DNA from: Candidatus Nezhaarchaeales archaeon
GTDB lineage: Archaea; Thermoproteota; Methanomethylicia; Nezhaarchaeales; WYZ-LMO8
DNA: 64,000 nt
Assembly: GCA_038887515.1 (NCBI GenBank)
Contig: JAWAKK010000001.1
Location: 672,001 to 736,000, forward strand
Direction: 5' to 3'
Made by a program: the position numbers and the translations under genes. Positions 30,017-39,734 of the stretch are shown piece after piece. Positions within the stretch are counted from its first letter, which is position 1. Each line of letters opens with the position of its first letter. The notes under the pieces were generated by a model. That model was not told the origin of the DNA. It saw only the letters and a program-made list of their open reading frames with translations, and ran no database searches.

Positions 30017-30788
30017 GATGATCAGCTCCTGATACCACTATCTTCTCACCGGCTCTAATTACGGATACCCTCCTCATGAAGGTCTTCGACAACAAGTACT
30101 CGTTCAAGACATCATAGCTCCTACCGATGGCTATTATTGTTCTATTGAGCAACATTACGTAGTCCGAGATCTCCATGAGTGGGTTTAGGTCGTGAGTTAC
30201 CATGATCACTGTAACTCCTTTATCGGCCTCCGCCCTCAAAACCTTCAATATTACATCTTGAGTTGTGGCATCGACTCCTGATAATGGTTCATCCAACAAT
30301 AGGAGTCTCGGCTCAACTGCAAGCGCTCTGGCAATCAGTACTCGTTGTTGCTGACCCCCAGACAAGTGGGCATAGGGTTCATCCCAAAACTCTTCCATCT
30401 CAACCACTTTCAAAGCTCTTTTAGCTGCATCGTAGTCCGCCTTAGTCAACCTCCTACACCATCCTCTTTTTGCAATTCTTCCCATTAAGACTACATCCTT
30501 AACTAGGAGGGGCTTTGTAGGGTCTATCCTCTCTCTTTGAGGGACATACCCCGTATACTTCCTTACTTCGTAACGTTCACGCGGTACTTCATGCTCCAAA
30601 ACCCTTATGGTACCATTAACCGGGTTTACCATTCCTAAGAGAGCCTTGAGTAGCGTGGTCTTACCAGAACCGTTGGGACCGACGATAGATAGAAAAGCTG
30701 GCTTCTTGAGCTCGAACGTGACGTCTTCTAAAGCCATCTTATCTCCGTACGCTACAGAAAGATTTTTAACAGATATGACTGTGCTCAT
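30009..30788 (-). CDS. Metal ABC transporter ATPase (ZnuC-like)
   Basis: GPNGSGKTT, GYVPQ, LSGGQQQRVLIARAL, LLDEP, THD. Confidence 0.93.
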   Translation of the reverse strand: MSTVISVKNLSVAYGDKMALEDVTFELKKPAFLSIVGPNGSGKTTLLKALLGMVNPVNGTIRVLEHEVPRERYEVRKYTGYVPQRERIDPTKPLLVKDVVLMGRIAKRGWCRRLTKADYDAAKRALKVVEMEEFWDEPYAHLSGGQQQRVLIARALAVEPRLLLLDEPLSGVDATTQDVILKVLRAEADKGVTVIMVTHDLNPLMEISDYVMLLNRTIIAIGRSYDVLNEYLLSKTFMRRVSVIRAGEKIVVSGADHHA

Positions 30789-31801
30789 TGAGTCCTCAAC
30801 CTCAGTATTAATACTGCTTCGACTATCGCTATTGCGGCCAAAGCTATCGTAGATATAACAAATGCGTCCATAGTTGGCGGTCTCGAAGATGGTGCCGCCG
30901 GTAGAAGCTCCACAAAGTGCGAGGCGATAATAACGATATTGCGCTTTATGAAGCTAACGTAGTCGTCGTCCGTGGACATTGGTATCCCATATAGATAAGC
31001 CATTCGAGCTCCAGACGCCTCTGAGACCTGTTGTGCAATACGACCTTCATCTCCTTCACTTTGAGTAGCAGATACAATTATCAAAGTGGAGGTTTTTGCT
31101 CTTTCTATTGCTTCACTTATATCTCGAGGACCAGGTAGACCCTCGCCCCTGATAATTGTACATGTTACGTCTAGCCCAAGCCACTCTGCGAGAGGCTCAA
31201 AGTGATCTGCAACAAGCACTACCTTTCTGCCTTTGAAGCCTTTACCTTCTAACCTTTTCACTACATCATCGATGTCTTGAAGCCATAACTTGAGGGCTTC
31301 AATCTTAACTTCAAATTCGCGCGCTTGGCTATAGTAGTAGTTTGAGTTTAATGGATCCAATTCCGACATCACTTCGGCTATCCTCTTGGCCAATACCTTA
31401 GCGTTATCGGGATGAAGCCACAGGTAGTGTGGATTATTGTCCCTTATAAAGGCCCCCTTCCCGACCCAGTCACTCCACGATAATACTCTCCCCTTAGGCT
31501 GAGGCAACGTGCCTAAGAACTCCTCCTTCCCTACGCTTATGAAGAGGTTGCAAGATTCTATGAGTAGTAGATCTTCGGGGGTGGGAGAATAGTGATGAGG
31601 GTCAACTCCAGCTTGTGCTAGTACACGGATCTCAGCTTTATCTCCTACGACTTCTTTAGCTATGAGGTAAAGGGGGCTTATGGTCACTACTACGATAGGT
31701 CTATCAGAAACATCAGCAGCATGAGTATAGAATGTTTGAGATAACGTGAATACTAGGAAGCAAAGAAGAAGTAGGCTAGATAACATTTTTCTCCATTCCA
31801 T
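30785..31801 (-). CDS. Metal ABC transporter substrate-binding protein (ZnuA/cluster A-I), C-terminally anchored
   Basis: Signal peptide, DPHHYSPTP, NPHYLWL, C-terminal TM helix. Confidence 0.88.
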   Translation of the reverse strand: MEWRKMLSSLLLLCFLVFTLSQTFYTHAADVSDRPIVVVTISPLYLIAKEVVGDKAEIRVLAQAGVDPHHYSPTPEDLLLIESCNLFISVGKEEFLGTLPQPKGRVLSWSDWVGKGAFIRDNNPHYLWLHPDNAKVLAKRIAEVMSELDPLNSNYYYSQAREFEVKIEALKLWLQDIDDVVKRLEGKGFKGRKVVLVADHFEPLAEWLGLDVTCTIIRGEGLPGPRDISEAIERAKTSTLIIVSATQSEGDEGRIAQQVSEASGARMAYLYGIPMSTDDDYVSFIKRNIVIIASHFVELLPAAPSSRPPTMDAFVISTIALAAIAIVEAVLILRLRTQ

Positions 31802-31901
31802 ACAATAAAAAAGTGTTAAGGTGATATATTAAAATTTTTCTTAAAAATTATTAAAAATATTAAAAGATTCCGGTATATAAATTAATATATGGTGAAGAGC
31901 T

Positions 31902-32303
31902 CTGACTATAATAACTTTTTCGATCACGGAAGAACTTGAAAAGAACTTGGATGAAGCTGTAAAGCGCATGGGCTTTGTGAGTAGATCCGAAGCGATAAGG
32001 CATGCCTTAAGACTACTTTTCTCTGAATTAACTAGTTTAGATGAATTGAGAGGTAAGGTGCTATCAGTCGTAGCAGTCCTTTATGGCAAGGAGGCCGAAA
32101 AAGCTAGGATTTACGAGGTTCAACATAAATATGGTGATGTAATAAACGCTTACTTCCACTCTCACGTAGAAGGAAGTAAATGCCTAGAAATTATGGTAGT
32201 CCAGGGAGATGCGGAGAGAGTTCGCGACTTTATATGTGGGCTAAGGGCTTCTCGACACCTTGAACAAGTGAAGGTTATAACGCTAAGCCAAGTAGAAGAT
32301 TAA
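31902..32303 (+). CDS. NikR-family ribbon-helix-helix metal-responsive regulator (probable CTG start)
   Basis: Extended frame LTIITFSITEELEKNLDEAV..G..SRSEAIR; metal site H...HSH.....C (HKYGD..FHSHVEGSKCLE). The track start at 31947 cuts off the RHH beta-strand. Confidence 0.82.
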   Translation: MTIITFSITEELEKNLDEAVKRMGFVSRSEAIRHALRLLFSELTSLDELRGKVLSVVAVLYGKEAEKARIYEVQHKYGDVINAYFHSHVEGSKCLEIMVVQGDAERVRDFICGLRASRHLEQVKVITLSQVED

Positions 32304-32381
32304 CATTACTTTACTTCGTACCATGGCCTTAGGTAAGCTATTTAATGAGGCTTCTTCTAGTTAACGTAGAGGAAGAAGTAA

Positions 32382-33626
32382 ATGTACGACTATGCCAAGA
32401 TCGTGGAACTTGAAAAGGAGCTAATGCGCAAGGAGAGGCAAATAGAGTATCTACAACTTGAGCTCAAGAGATATCAAGCGGCCATCGAAGAGCTTAGACA
32501 GGGTACTAGACCTGTAGGCGTAGTCCAAGACGTCATAGATGTAAACGCCTATGTAAGGCTTGAAGCTGGACAACTATATGAAGTTACTATTCCTCCACAT
32601 CTAAAAGAGAAGGTTCAGCCAGGCTCTCTCGTAGTCTTATCTCCGAATAAAGGGGTCGTGCTAAACGTTCTCGAGAAGAAATTTAGCGAGAGGAACCTAT
32701 GGAACCTAAAAGTTGAGAAGAACGTAAACGTCTTCTACGAAGATGTCGTCGGGCTAGAAAAAGAGCTCAGAGAACTAAGGAAAGCAGTAGAATGGGTTTT
32801 GAGCCCCGAAGTTAGGCGTAAGAGGGAGAACATAGTTAGGGACTCTAGGCTTCTCGAAGAGGCAGGCACAGTACTGCTTTTCGGTCCTCCAGGGACTGGT
32901 AAGACGTATATGGCTAAGGCTATCGCCGGGTCGCTAAGCAGGTACGGGCAGAATACTTCATTCATTAAGGTCGAGGCTTACGAACTGGTATCTAAATGGC
33001 TAGGCGAATCAGCTAGAAACGTAAGAGAACTCTTTAAGCTTGCCAGAGAAGAAGCACCTTGCATATTATTTATAGACGAGGTGGACGCAATAGGTAGGGC
33101 TAGGACGGAAATAACTTCTGATGCTGGAAGGGACGTTCAAGGAATGCTAAATCAACTCTTAACTGAAATAGGTGAAGGATTTCATATAAATAGGAACTTA
33201 GCGGTAATATTTGCAACAAACCTGCCCTCCGTAATCGACCCTGCTCTTATGGATAGAATAAGGAAAATAATATACGTACCTCCTCCCAGAAGCAAGGAAG
33301 AGGTAAAGAAGCTCTTTGATTTCTACCTATCTAAGGTATCAGTGGACCCAGAAGTATGGGATTTGAACGGCCTCAAGCCTGAGGCTTTTGAGGAACTCTG
33401 GAACGTCATTAAACGTAGAAAGTTAATTTATGAGGCTAGCATACATTCTAGAAACATAAGGGTCTCTGACGAGTACTGGATTACACCTAGAGATGTCAAA
33501 AATATAGTTCAAGAAGCGGCAAGTGATGCTGCTTTTGATGGCATGGACTATGTAACTGTCGATAAGCTCCTAGAATACGTAAAGGGGTTGAGCTTAGAAA
33601 AAACTCATCAAGTAGCTTTCCTATAG
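32382..33626 (+). CDS. AAA+ ATPase with PAN-like coiled-coil/OB N-domain
   Basis: N-terminal coiled coil, P.GVV..V OB-like region, GPPGTGKT, SKWLGES, FIDEVD, ATN.P..IDPAL.DR. Confidence 0.85.
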   Translation: MYDYAKIVELEKELMRKERQIEYLQLELKRYQAAIEELRQGTRPVGVVQDVIDVNAYVRLEAGQLYEVTIPPHLKEKVQPGSLVVLSPNKGVVLNVLEKKFSERNLWNLKVEKNVNVFYEDVVGLEKELRELRKAVEWVLSPEVRRKRENIVRDSRLLEEAGTVLLFGPPGTGKTYMAKAIAGSLSRYGQNTSFIKVEAYELVSKWLGESARNVRELFKLAREEAPCILFIDEVDAIGRARTEITSDAGRDVQGMLNQLLTEIGEGFHINRNLAVIFATNLPSVIDPALMDRIRKIIYVPPPRSKEEVKKLFDFYLSKVSVDPEVWDLNGLKPEAFEELWNVIKRRKLIYEASIHSRNIRVSDEYWITPRDVKNIVQEAASDAAFDGMDYVTVDKLLEYVKGLSLEKTHQVAFL

Positions 33627-34763
33627 CGTAGACCATCTCAATAAGTGCAAGTTCCCCACGTGAACTCTTTTTAGATGTCGTTTAGCTGCAATGAGGCACT
33701 CTTCTACCTGCTTTCTTGGAGTAATTGGCATGTCGCTCATAAAGTGATCCGGGTGAAAAACCAGTAGTGAGTACGGGATTTCAGGGTTTAAGCCAGCTAT
33801 GAACTTCGCTATCTTATCAACCTCTTCAGCAGTAACGTAGCCTGGTACAAGAAGTGTTGTAGCGGTCAAAATGGGAACTTCGGGTCTTTCATCGTAAAAT
33901 TCGTTAGCTATCATTTCAAAGTTCTCATAAGCTGCTTGATTAGAGACCCCACTTAAAGCGTGGCTAAGTTCTATGCTGAAACACTTAAGGTCAAACTTTA
34001 CATTCCCTCCACTAATAAAAGCTAGCTGAGCTGCTTCTTTAACGAGACTTCGATTGCCACACCCATTCCACTCGAAACATATCCTGATAATCCTTTTGCG
34101 GGGCTTTTCTTCTAAAATCTTCTTTGACGCTCTTGTAGCGAATGGAAGCTGGGGCTCTGGTGAACCGCCAAAGAAGCATATACATGTATAGTCTTTGTTT
34201 CCCAATACATGATTCACAAATTTTTCGAGTGAAACTCTAGGTGCCTCTGAGAGAAGTTTATGAGAGGCGTTTTGGCAAAAGAGGCAATCAAAGTTGCATC
34301 CGTAAAAGAAGACCGCGTAGTTCGCATAGCCTATCTCAGGGCCGGGAGTCACGGCGTACGTGGGATAGCCTGCCCCGGTTCCAGCGGGGCAGAACCACGC
34401 TGCACAGCAGTTAGTAATGTGAGGGTCGCTGTACCCGTACATCAAAGCTTCGTCGATGGCAACTTTAGAAACTAGCTTTCCATCTATATTCATCCTAAGA
34501 CCGCAAAAGCCTATTTCTCCCTCACCGATTAAGCATTCGTTACTACATATCGTGCATTTTAGACCTCTAGAGTTTTTGGAAGGCTTTGAAGGTAGGCCGT
34601 ACCGCGACCTCGCGATTTCGTGTGCTCGCCTTATAAGAGGAAGGGCTTCATCGAATTTCGTTTTGATACAGTCAGCACATACGTTAAGGACTTTCGATAT
34701 AAGTATGGATCTTTTACCGCATATCTTACATTCGGGTTCAAAGATGCCTGCGAAAACGCGCAT
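33621..34763 (-). CDS. Radical SAM protein, PFL-activase-like (AmmeMemoRadiSam/PflX-related) with Zn-finger-like N-terminus
   Basis: CKIC/CADC, CTICSNEC...GFCG.R, GCNFDCLFCQN, FGGSPEP. Confidence 0.85.
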   Translation of the reverse strand: MRVFAGIFEPECKICGKRSILISKVLNVCADCIKTKFDEALPLIRRAHEIARSRYGLPSKPSKNSRGLKCTICSNECLIGEGEIGFCGLRMNIDGKLVSKVAIDEALMYGYSDPHITNCCAAWFCPAGTGAGYPTYAVTPGPEIGYANYAVFFYGCNFDCLFCQNASHKLLSEAPRVSLEKFVNHVLGNKDYTCICFFGGSPEPQLPFATRASKKILEEKPRKRIIRICFEWNGCGNRSLVKEAAQLAFISGGNVKFDLKCFSIELSHALSGVSNQAAYENFEMIANEFYDERPEVPILTATTLLVPGYVTAEEVDKIAKFIAGLNPEIPYSLLVFHPDHFMSDMPITPRKQVEECLIAAKRHLKRVHVGNLHLLRWSTL

Positions 34764-34776
34764 TAAGACTACACAC

Positions 34777-35835
34777 CTATATTAGTAGCCTAAACCTAAA
34801 ATTGGTAGTTCGTGCGGTCCCTGTTATCGGTATCGGGTTTTTACAGTACATACATTTATTATCTCTCGTTAGCTTAACTTCATGGATGCCGAGCTGAGAC
34901 CTCTTTATAACGGGTTCTCCGCATGAAGGGCAATACGTGTGGTAGCCGGGATGATTCGGGACGTTGCCTACGTATGGGTAAAGCACCCCCATCTTCTTCG
35001 CAACTTGATAAGCCCTATCTATGACTTCAACTGGTGTCGGAGGATTCCTAAACTTATACGTCGGGAAGTACCTTGTAAAGTGTAGTGGTACTTCGGGACC
35101 CGCGTACTTCAAGTGATTCTCTATTACATCTAGGATGCAAGGTTCGTCGTCGTTTACCCCGTTGACTATCAGAAAGACCACCTCGACGTGTAAGCCCATC
35201 TCTATCGCTTTCTTAACGTTCCTCCATACAAGGCTAGCTCCTTTAACGCCTAGGTACTTTTCATAGACGTCCTCATCTCCCTTGACGTCGATCTTTATGC
35301 CGTCTAAGCCGGCTTTAGCAAGCATATCAAGGGCTTCACATGTCATAAACCCATTCGAGACAAAAGAGCAATACAACCCTCTACTTTTTGCAAGCGAAAA
35401 GGTATCTACGCAGTATTCAAATAGCATAGTAGGTTCATTGAAGCTTGCGCAAAGCCCTTGATCATTGTTCTCAGCAGCCATCTTCACTAGAGACTTTGTG
35501 CTTACGTACGTTGCTGCTTGAGGGATTGGTCTCGACCTTGAAAGGTGGTAGTTTTGGCACCACGGGCAATCGAAGTTGCAGGACCATGTTGAAAAAGTGA
35601 GAGCTGTTGAGCCGGGCCAGTAGTGAAAGAAGGGCTTTATCTCTATTGGCCTGCTTTCGATGGCAGATAGGTTGCCGTAAGTTGCAGTATAAATGTTGTT
35701 AAAGTTAAACCTTGTACCACAATACCCCCAACCACCTTCAGGCACTTTACAACGTCTATTACAGGTACGGCACACGACCCCATACTCATTCTTCTCAAAT
35801 AAGTATGAAGGTCTGATGGTGGGCCTTTTTATCAA
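34777..35835 (-). CDS. AmmeMemoRadiSam-type radical SAM enzyme
   Basis: CRTCNRRC..G.CG.R, PIEIKPFFHYWPG, CNFDCPWCQN, FNEP, PLHFTRYFP, TYCPSC. Probable start is TTG 35835 rather than the track's 35997. Confidence 0.85.
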   Translation of the reverse strand: MIKRPTIRPSYLFEKNEYGVVCRTCNRRCKVPEGGWGYCGTRFNFNNIYTATYGNLSAIESRPIEIKPFFHYWPGSTALTFSTWSCNFDCPWCQNYHLSRSRPIPQAATYVSTKSLVKMAAENNDQGLCASFNEPTMLFEYCVDTFSLAKSRGLYCSFVSNGFMTCEALDMLAKAGLDGIKIDVKGDEDVYEKYLGVKGASLVWRNVKKAIEMGLHVEVVFLIVNGVNDDEPCILDVIENHLKYAGPEVPLHFTRYFPTYKFRNPPTPVEVIDRAYQVAKKMGVLYPYVGNVPNHPGYHTYCPSCGEPVIKRSQLGIHEVKLTRDNKCMYCKNPIPITGTARTTNFRFRLLI

Positions 35836-36268
35836 TTCGCTATAAATCGCCTTCCACCCATTGAGATCTAACGTAGTCCATCGATAATATAGGCGTATTA
35901 GACTAAAAATTCTTCTAATTTTGCGACTACAAATATTATGACTATGTCGCGTCTTGCTTCTATATGCAAAGAACGTACTCGCCCGCATAATCACCATAAG
36001 CGTATAACGTCGAAGTATGCTGACACGGTTATGGCACCTTAATTACTATATTGACTACTATTCTTTGACCGACTAGCCTAATTAGGAAGCAGGAAACCTT
36101 ATGACTACGAGATTCCTTGCAAGACCAAATGCCCCACTCCATCTTTGAAGTTTAATGGACCCTTAACCTTAAGCCAACCACTAAGGACATAGAATGCTTT
36201 CTAGCTAAACGTATATTAGGAGACGAGTTATCCATAACCCCTGAACTCAAAAGAGTGAGGGCTTATTC

Positions 36269-38167
36269 GTGCCCGCTGTTTGGAGAACGTCGGCCAAGGT
36301 TTATTGGTGTGCCAACTGTAATGTACCCCTTGTAGCACCTAAGTGCGGTCTATGTGGTGAAGGAGCCGTTAAAGCTTATGGATCGCCCCCAAAGGATTTT
36401 AGGCCAGCCCTAGACTACGACTTTAAAGTTCTGAGGGAGACTATAGAGAGGGAATTTGGATCTAAGGCGTATAACGCAATTATTTCAAGTGAAGTTGTGT
36501 TGCTAAATAAAGTACCGTATGTCGACCAGGCGAATGAAGTTATAGTTGATGGGTGGGTTATGGGGACTCTCTATTACAGCCCTGATAAGGGCGTTTGGAG
36601 GTTTAGACCTTCATATGAGGGGGCTTCTAGGCTAGTAAGCGAGGGGGCCGCTCCGCAAATCGAAGTCCTTAAGGATAGGATTAAGCTCTGGGAGGTACTT
36701 TCTAGGGAAGACTTTAAAGGGGATGATCTGCCCCCCAGCGGTAAATACGTAATTTTAACGAACTCTAAGTCGATGTCTATAGGAGTAGCAGTATCGCTTG
36801 ACGATAAAAAACTGAAGGTCATTAAGGTTTGGAGCCCTCACAAGCCACACATAAGGGAGAGGAAAGGGAACTGGGCTTTAACTGTTAAGGCCAATGAGCC
36901 CCATATAGAAGTTGAAGAGAAGAGAGCCTTGGCACTAATAATTAAGATGGTAAAGGCCCGTGAAACCTTCGTATCCTACTCCGGCGGAAAAGATAGTTTA
37001 GCGACGCTCCTATTGACGTTGAAGGCCATAGGCGACGTTCCGCTACTCTTCAACGATACTGGTATAGAGGCCCCTGCAACCGTAGAGTACGTTTGGTGTA
37101 CGACAAGCAAATTTGGTTTAGAACTCATATACGCGAATGCTGGAGATGTTTTCTGGAGGTCCCTCTCCACATACGGACCCCCTGCTAGGGATTATAGGTG
37201 GTGCTGTAAGGTCTGTAAGCTGGTACCGATCGCGAGGGCGGTTAAAGAGAGGTTTCAGGGTGATGTGTATACGATACTTGGCCAAAGAAAGTACGAGTCT
37301 TTTGCTCGTCTAAAGGCTCCAGTTGTCGAGAGAAGCAGGTGGATTCCTAATTTGATAAGCGTTAGCCCCATAAGAGACTGGTCCGCGCTTCATGTATGGC
37401 TTTATTTAATGAGGGAGAGGGTCGAGTTTAACCCTCTTTACAGGGAAGGTTTTGATAGGATAGGCTGTTGGCTTTGTCCTGCATGCGAGCTGGCTGAGCT
37501 AAGGAGAGTTAAAGAGATCTACCCTGATTTATGGGGTAAGTGGGAAGAGAGTCTCCTAAGTTGGTGTAACGAGAAAGGGTTGCCACAAGATTGGGTTAAA
37601 CTTGGGCTTTGGCGATGGAGAAGATTGCCGGGAGATGCTAGAAAGTTCGCTTCTAAAATGGGGGTTAATTTAGCAGAGGTGGAAGGCAGGCTAGCCGATA
37701 TTCGAGACGTAGAGGTGGTGCTAACAGTTAGACCTTGCGAAGATATATACGAGGCTCAAGGATCTATAAGGGGGCCTATCGATTTTAAGAGGGCTGTCAT
37801 GATGTTTAAGTGCAGCGGAGGGAGGGTTGTCGTTAGCGAGGACTTGAAGCTTATAACCTTAAGGCTTGATGAAGGAAACGCGTCCTTAAGTGGAAACGGC
37901 TCTTTCTCTGTTAGAGCTGAAGACCTCTACCACCTTAAGAAAATGTTAGAGCTACTCGTCAAGAGCTTACTGAGAGCGAAGTACTGTAATACTTGCGGCT
38001 CCTGTAAGAATTGGTGCCCCACAAACTCGATAGTTGTGGTGGGGAGAGAGATTGAAGTAGCAAATTCTTGTTTGGGTTGTAGGATGTGCATTAGTGCCTG
38101 CCCTATTGCAACGTACATGTATAAATTCTCGACACATATAGTTGGTGACGTTTATGATGAAGACTAG
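36269..38167 (+). CDS. PAPS/APS-reductase-family protein with N-terminal Zn finger/PUA-like region and C-terminal 2[4Fe-4S]
   Basis: WCANCNVPL..CGLC, SYSGGKDS, DTGIE, RWCCKVCK, RIGCWLCP, CNTCGSCKNWCP, CLGCRMCISACP. Confidence 0.85.
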   Translation: MPAVWRTSAKVYWCANCNVPLVAPKCGLCGEGAVKAYGSPPKDFRPALDYDFKVLRETIEREFGSKAYNAIISSEVVLLNKVPYVDQANEVIVDGWVMGTLYYSPDKGVWRFRPSYEGASRLVSEGAAPQIEVLKDRIKLWEVLSREDFKGDDLPPSGKYVILTNSKSMSIGVAVSLDDKKLKVIKVWSPHKPHIRERKGNWALTVKANEPHIEVEEKRALALIIKMVKARETFVSYSGGKDSLATLLLTLKAIGDVPLLFNDTGIEAPATVEYVWCTTSKFGLELIYANAGDVFWRSLSTYGPPARDYRWCCKVCKLVPIARAVKERFQGDVYTILGQRKYESFARLKAPVVERSRWIPNLISVSPIRDWSALHVWLYLMRERVEFNPLYREGFDRIGCWLCPACELAELRRVKEIYPDLWGKWEESLLSWCNEKGLPQDWVKLGLWRWRRLPGDARKFASKMGVNLAEVEGRLADIRDVEVVLTVRPCEDIYEAQGSIRGPIDFKRAVMMFKCSGGRVVVSEDLKLITLRLDEGNASLSGNGSFSVRAEDLYHLKKMLELLVKSLLRAKYCNTCGSCKNWCPTNSIVVVGREIEVANSCLGCRMCISACPIATYMYKFSTHIVGDVYDED

Positions 38168-39734
38168 AACTCTATGTCTGCTGGCCCTAATAATATTGGC
38201 AGTAATATACTGTTCCAACATAGTACGTGCAGAAAAAGGCTTTACATACGTTTTCGAAGTAGACGCTGAAGGGTATACTAGCGTTACGGTCCTTTTTTAC
38301 GACAATAAAAATGGCAGTTCTTGGCTTCTAGTCCCTAAAGCTCAGAGAGAGGACATAAGCCTTATGGTGAACGAAGGTAGGCTAGTTAATGTAACGTACA
38401 GGAGCCTAGTAGAGAAGGGAAAGGAAGATCCATTCTACGTAATCATGGAGTTCGAGTACGAGGCTTCTAGGATAGCCAACATAACCATAAGGTACTTTAT
38501 GGAACATGGAGCGCTTATAATAGAGCCTAAGGCCGTATTTATTTCTCCTAGGGTCACTCATGAAGGACCTACGACTACTAGAGTGCTTGTCCACTTACCA
38601 AGCTACGCTACTGTTTCAAGAAGTAGAGTCTCTTCCTTTTCAGGGTTTATTAGAAATGTTGAAGTAATCGAAGGAAAAGGCTGTACCATCGTTGGCGCTA
38701 TTGTAGGGCCTGACGATAGGATAGTAGTGGAATACACAGTTCCCTTTAAAGGTAACATCACACATTTGACTGCCAACAACTTCACCTTCAGAACGGCTTC
38801 TAGATACCTAAGGTACGCTTACGATGTCCTTGAAACCTTAAACGATTGTTATCCGATTTATGAGAAACTCTTTGAAAACAAGCTATACAACGTAGAGGTA
38901 GAGTTCTTTGTTCCATCGATAGAAGAGCTAATGTTAGGAATTGAAGGGTATGTACCCTTTTTAGGCGACAAATTGGGGGCTATTCACTTGAACCTCCTTT
39001 ACATCCGAGGAGTTAAGGGTTTTATGGATATAATAGCAATGCATGAACTGGCTCACCACTTTCTATGGAGTATAGGAGTACCACCGTCAAAACTGTGGAT
39101 TCATGAAGGGATTGCTGAGTACATAAGCCTAGCTTTAGGGCTACAGAGGGACTACTACGATGCTGTTGAAATTCACGAAAGCTTATTAACGACTGTTTGG
39201 AACAAAATGGACAACTACTTAGGCTTCATTCAGAAGTGGACCCCCTTTTACGTGCCATCGCAAGATCTTAGGTTATGTTATGCTGCCTCTTATTACATTT
39301 TCAAGACACTTTGTGATAGATATGGAGGTTTAGAGTACTTGAAGTCGCTCTTCAAAGCATTTAGGGACATCGATTGGAACAACGATACCCAAGTTATCGA
39401 GGCCTTCGGCATAGCTGCCGGTGATGTAAACGAAGTATTTAAGCTATTTCGCGAATGGGGATTTGAACTTGAAGAATCTTCGCAGCTAGTCCCAAGCCTC
39501 TCCAAAGTTAAGAGAAACGTTTCAGGCATGCCCACCTGGCTTAAACCATATAGGGACATTGCCCAAGCAGTTATTAATGTTGCCGAAGTGTTTCAACAGT
39601 ACGACCTGCCATACCTAAAGATGTTAGCGGTTAAGACTTCGCAAATAATATGCGAGACGAGTTGGGCACTTGCGGCCTTAAGCTTCATAATAGTTATAAC
39701 GACCTTGGTCATATTAGTGAGGAGGTCGGCTTAA
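38142..39734 (+). CDS. Secreted, membrane-anchored gluzincin metallopeptidase
   Basis: Signal peptide, HELAH + WIHEGIAEY third ligand, C-terminal TM helix. Confidence 0.78.
   Translation: MVTFMMKTRTLCLLALIILAVIYCSNIVRAEKGFTYVFEVDAEGYTSVTVLFYDNKNGSSWLLVPKAQREDISLMVNEGRLVNVTYRSLVEKGKEDPFYVIMEFEYEASRIANITIRYFMEHGALIIEPKAVFISPRVTHEGPTTTRVLVHLPSYATVSRSRVSSFSGFIRNVEVIEGKGCTIVGAIVGPDDRIVVEYTVPFKGNITHLTANNFTFRTASRYLRYAYDVLETLNDCYPIYEKLFENKLYNVEVEFFVPSIEELMLGIEGYVPFLGDKLGAIHLNLLYIRGVKGFMDIIAMHELAHHFLWSIGVPPSKLWIHEGIAEYISLALGLQRDYYDAVEIHESLLTTVWNKMDNYLGFIQKWTPFYVPSQDLRLCYAASYYIFKTLCDRYGGLEYLKSLFKAFRDIDWNNDTQVIEAFGIAAGDVNEVFKLFREWGFELEESSQLVPSLSKVKRNVSGMPTWLKPYRDIAQAVINVAEVFQQYDLPYLKMLAVKTSQIICETSWALAALSFIIVITTLVILVRRSA

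Noticed and set aside
35836-36268. N-terminal extension of the radical SAM ORF and scattered GACTA pentamers
   Set aside because: The extension looks non-coding, and the GACTA spacing is irregular and compatible with chance.
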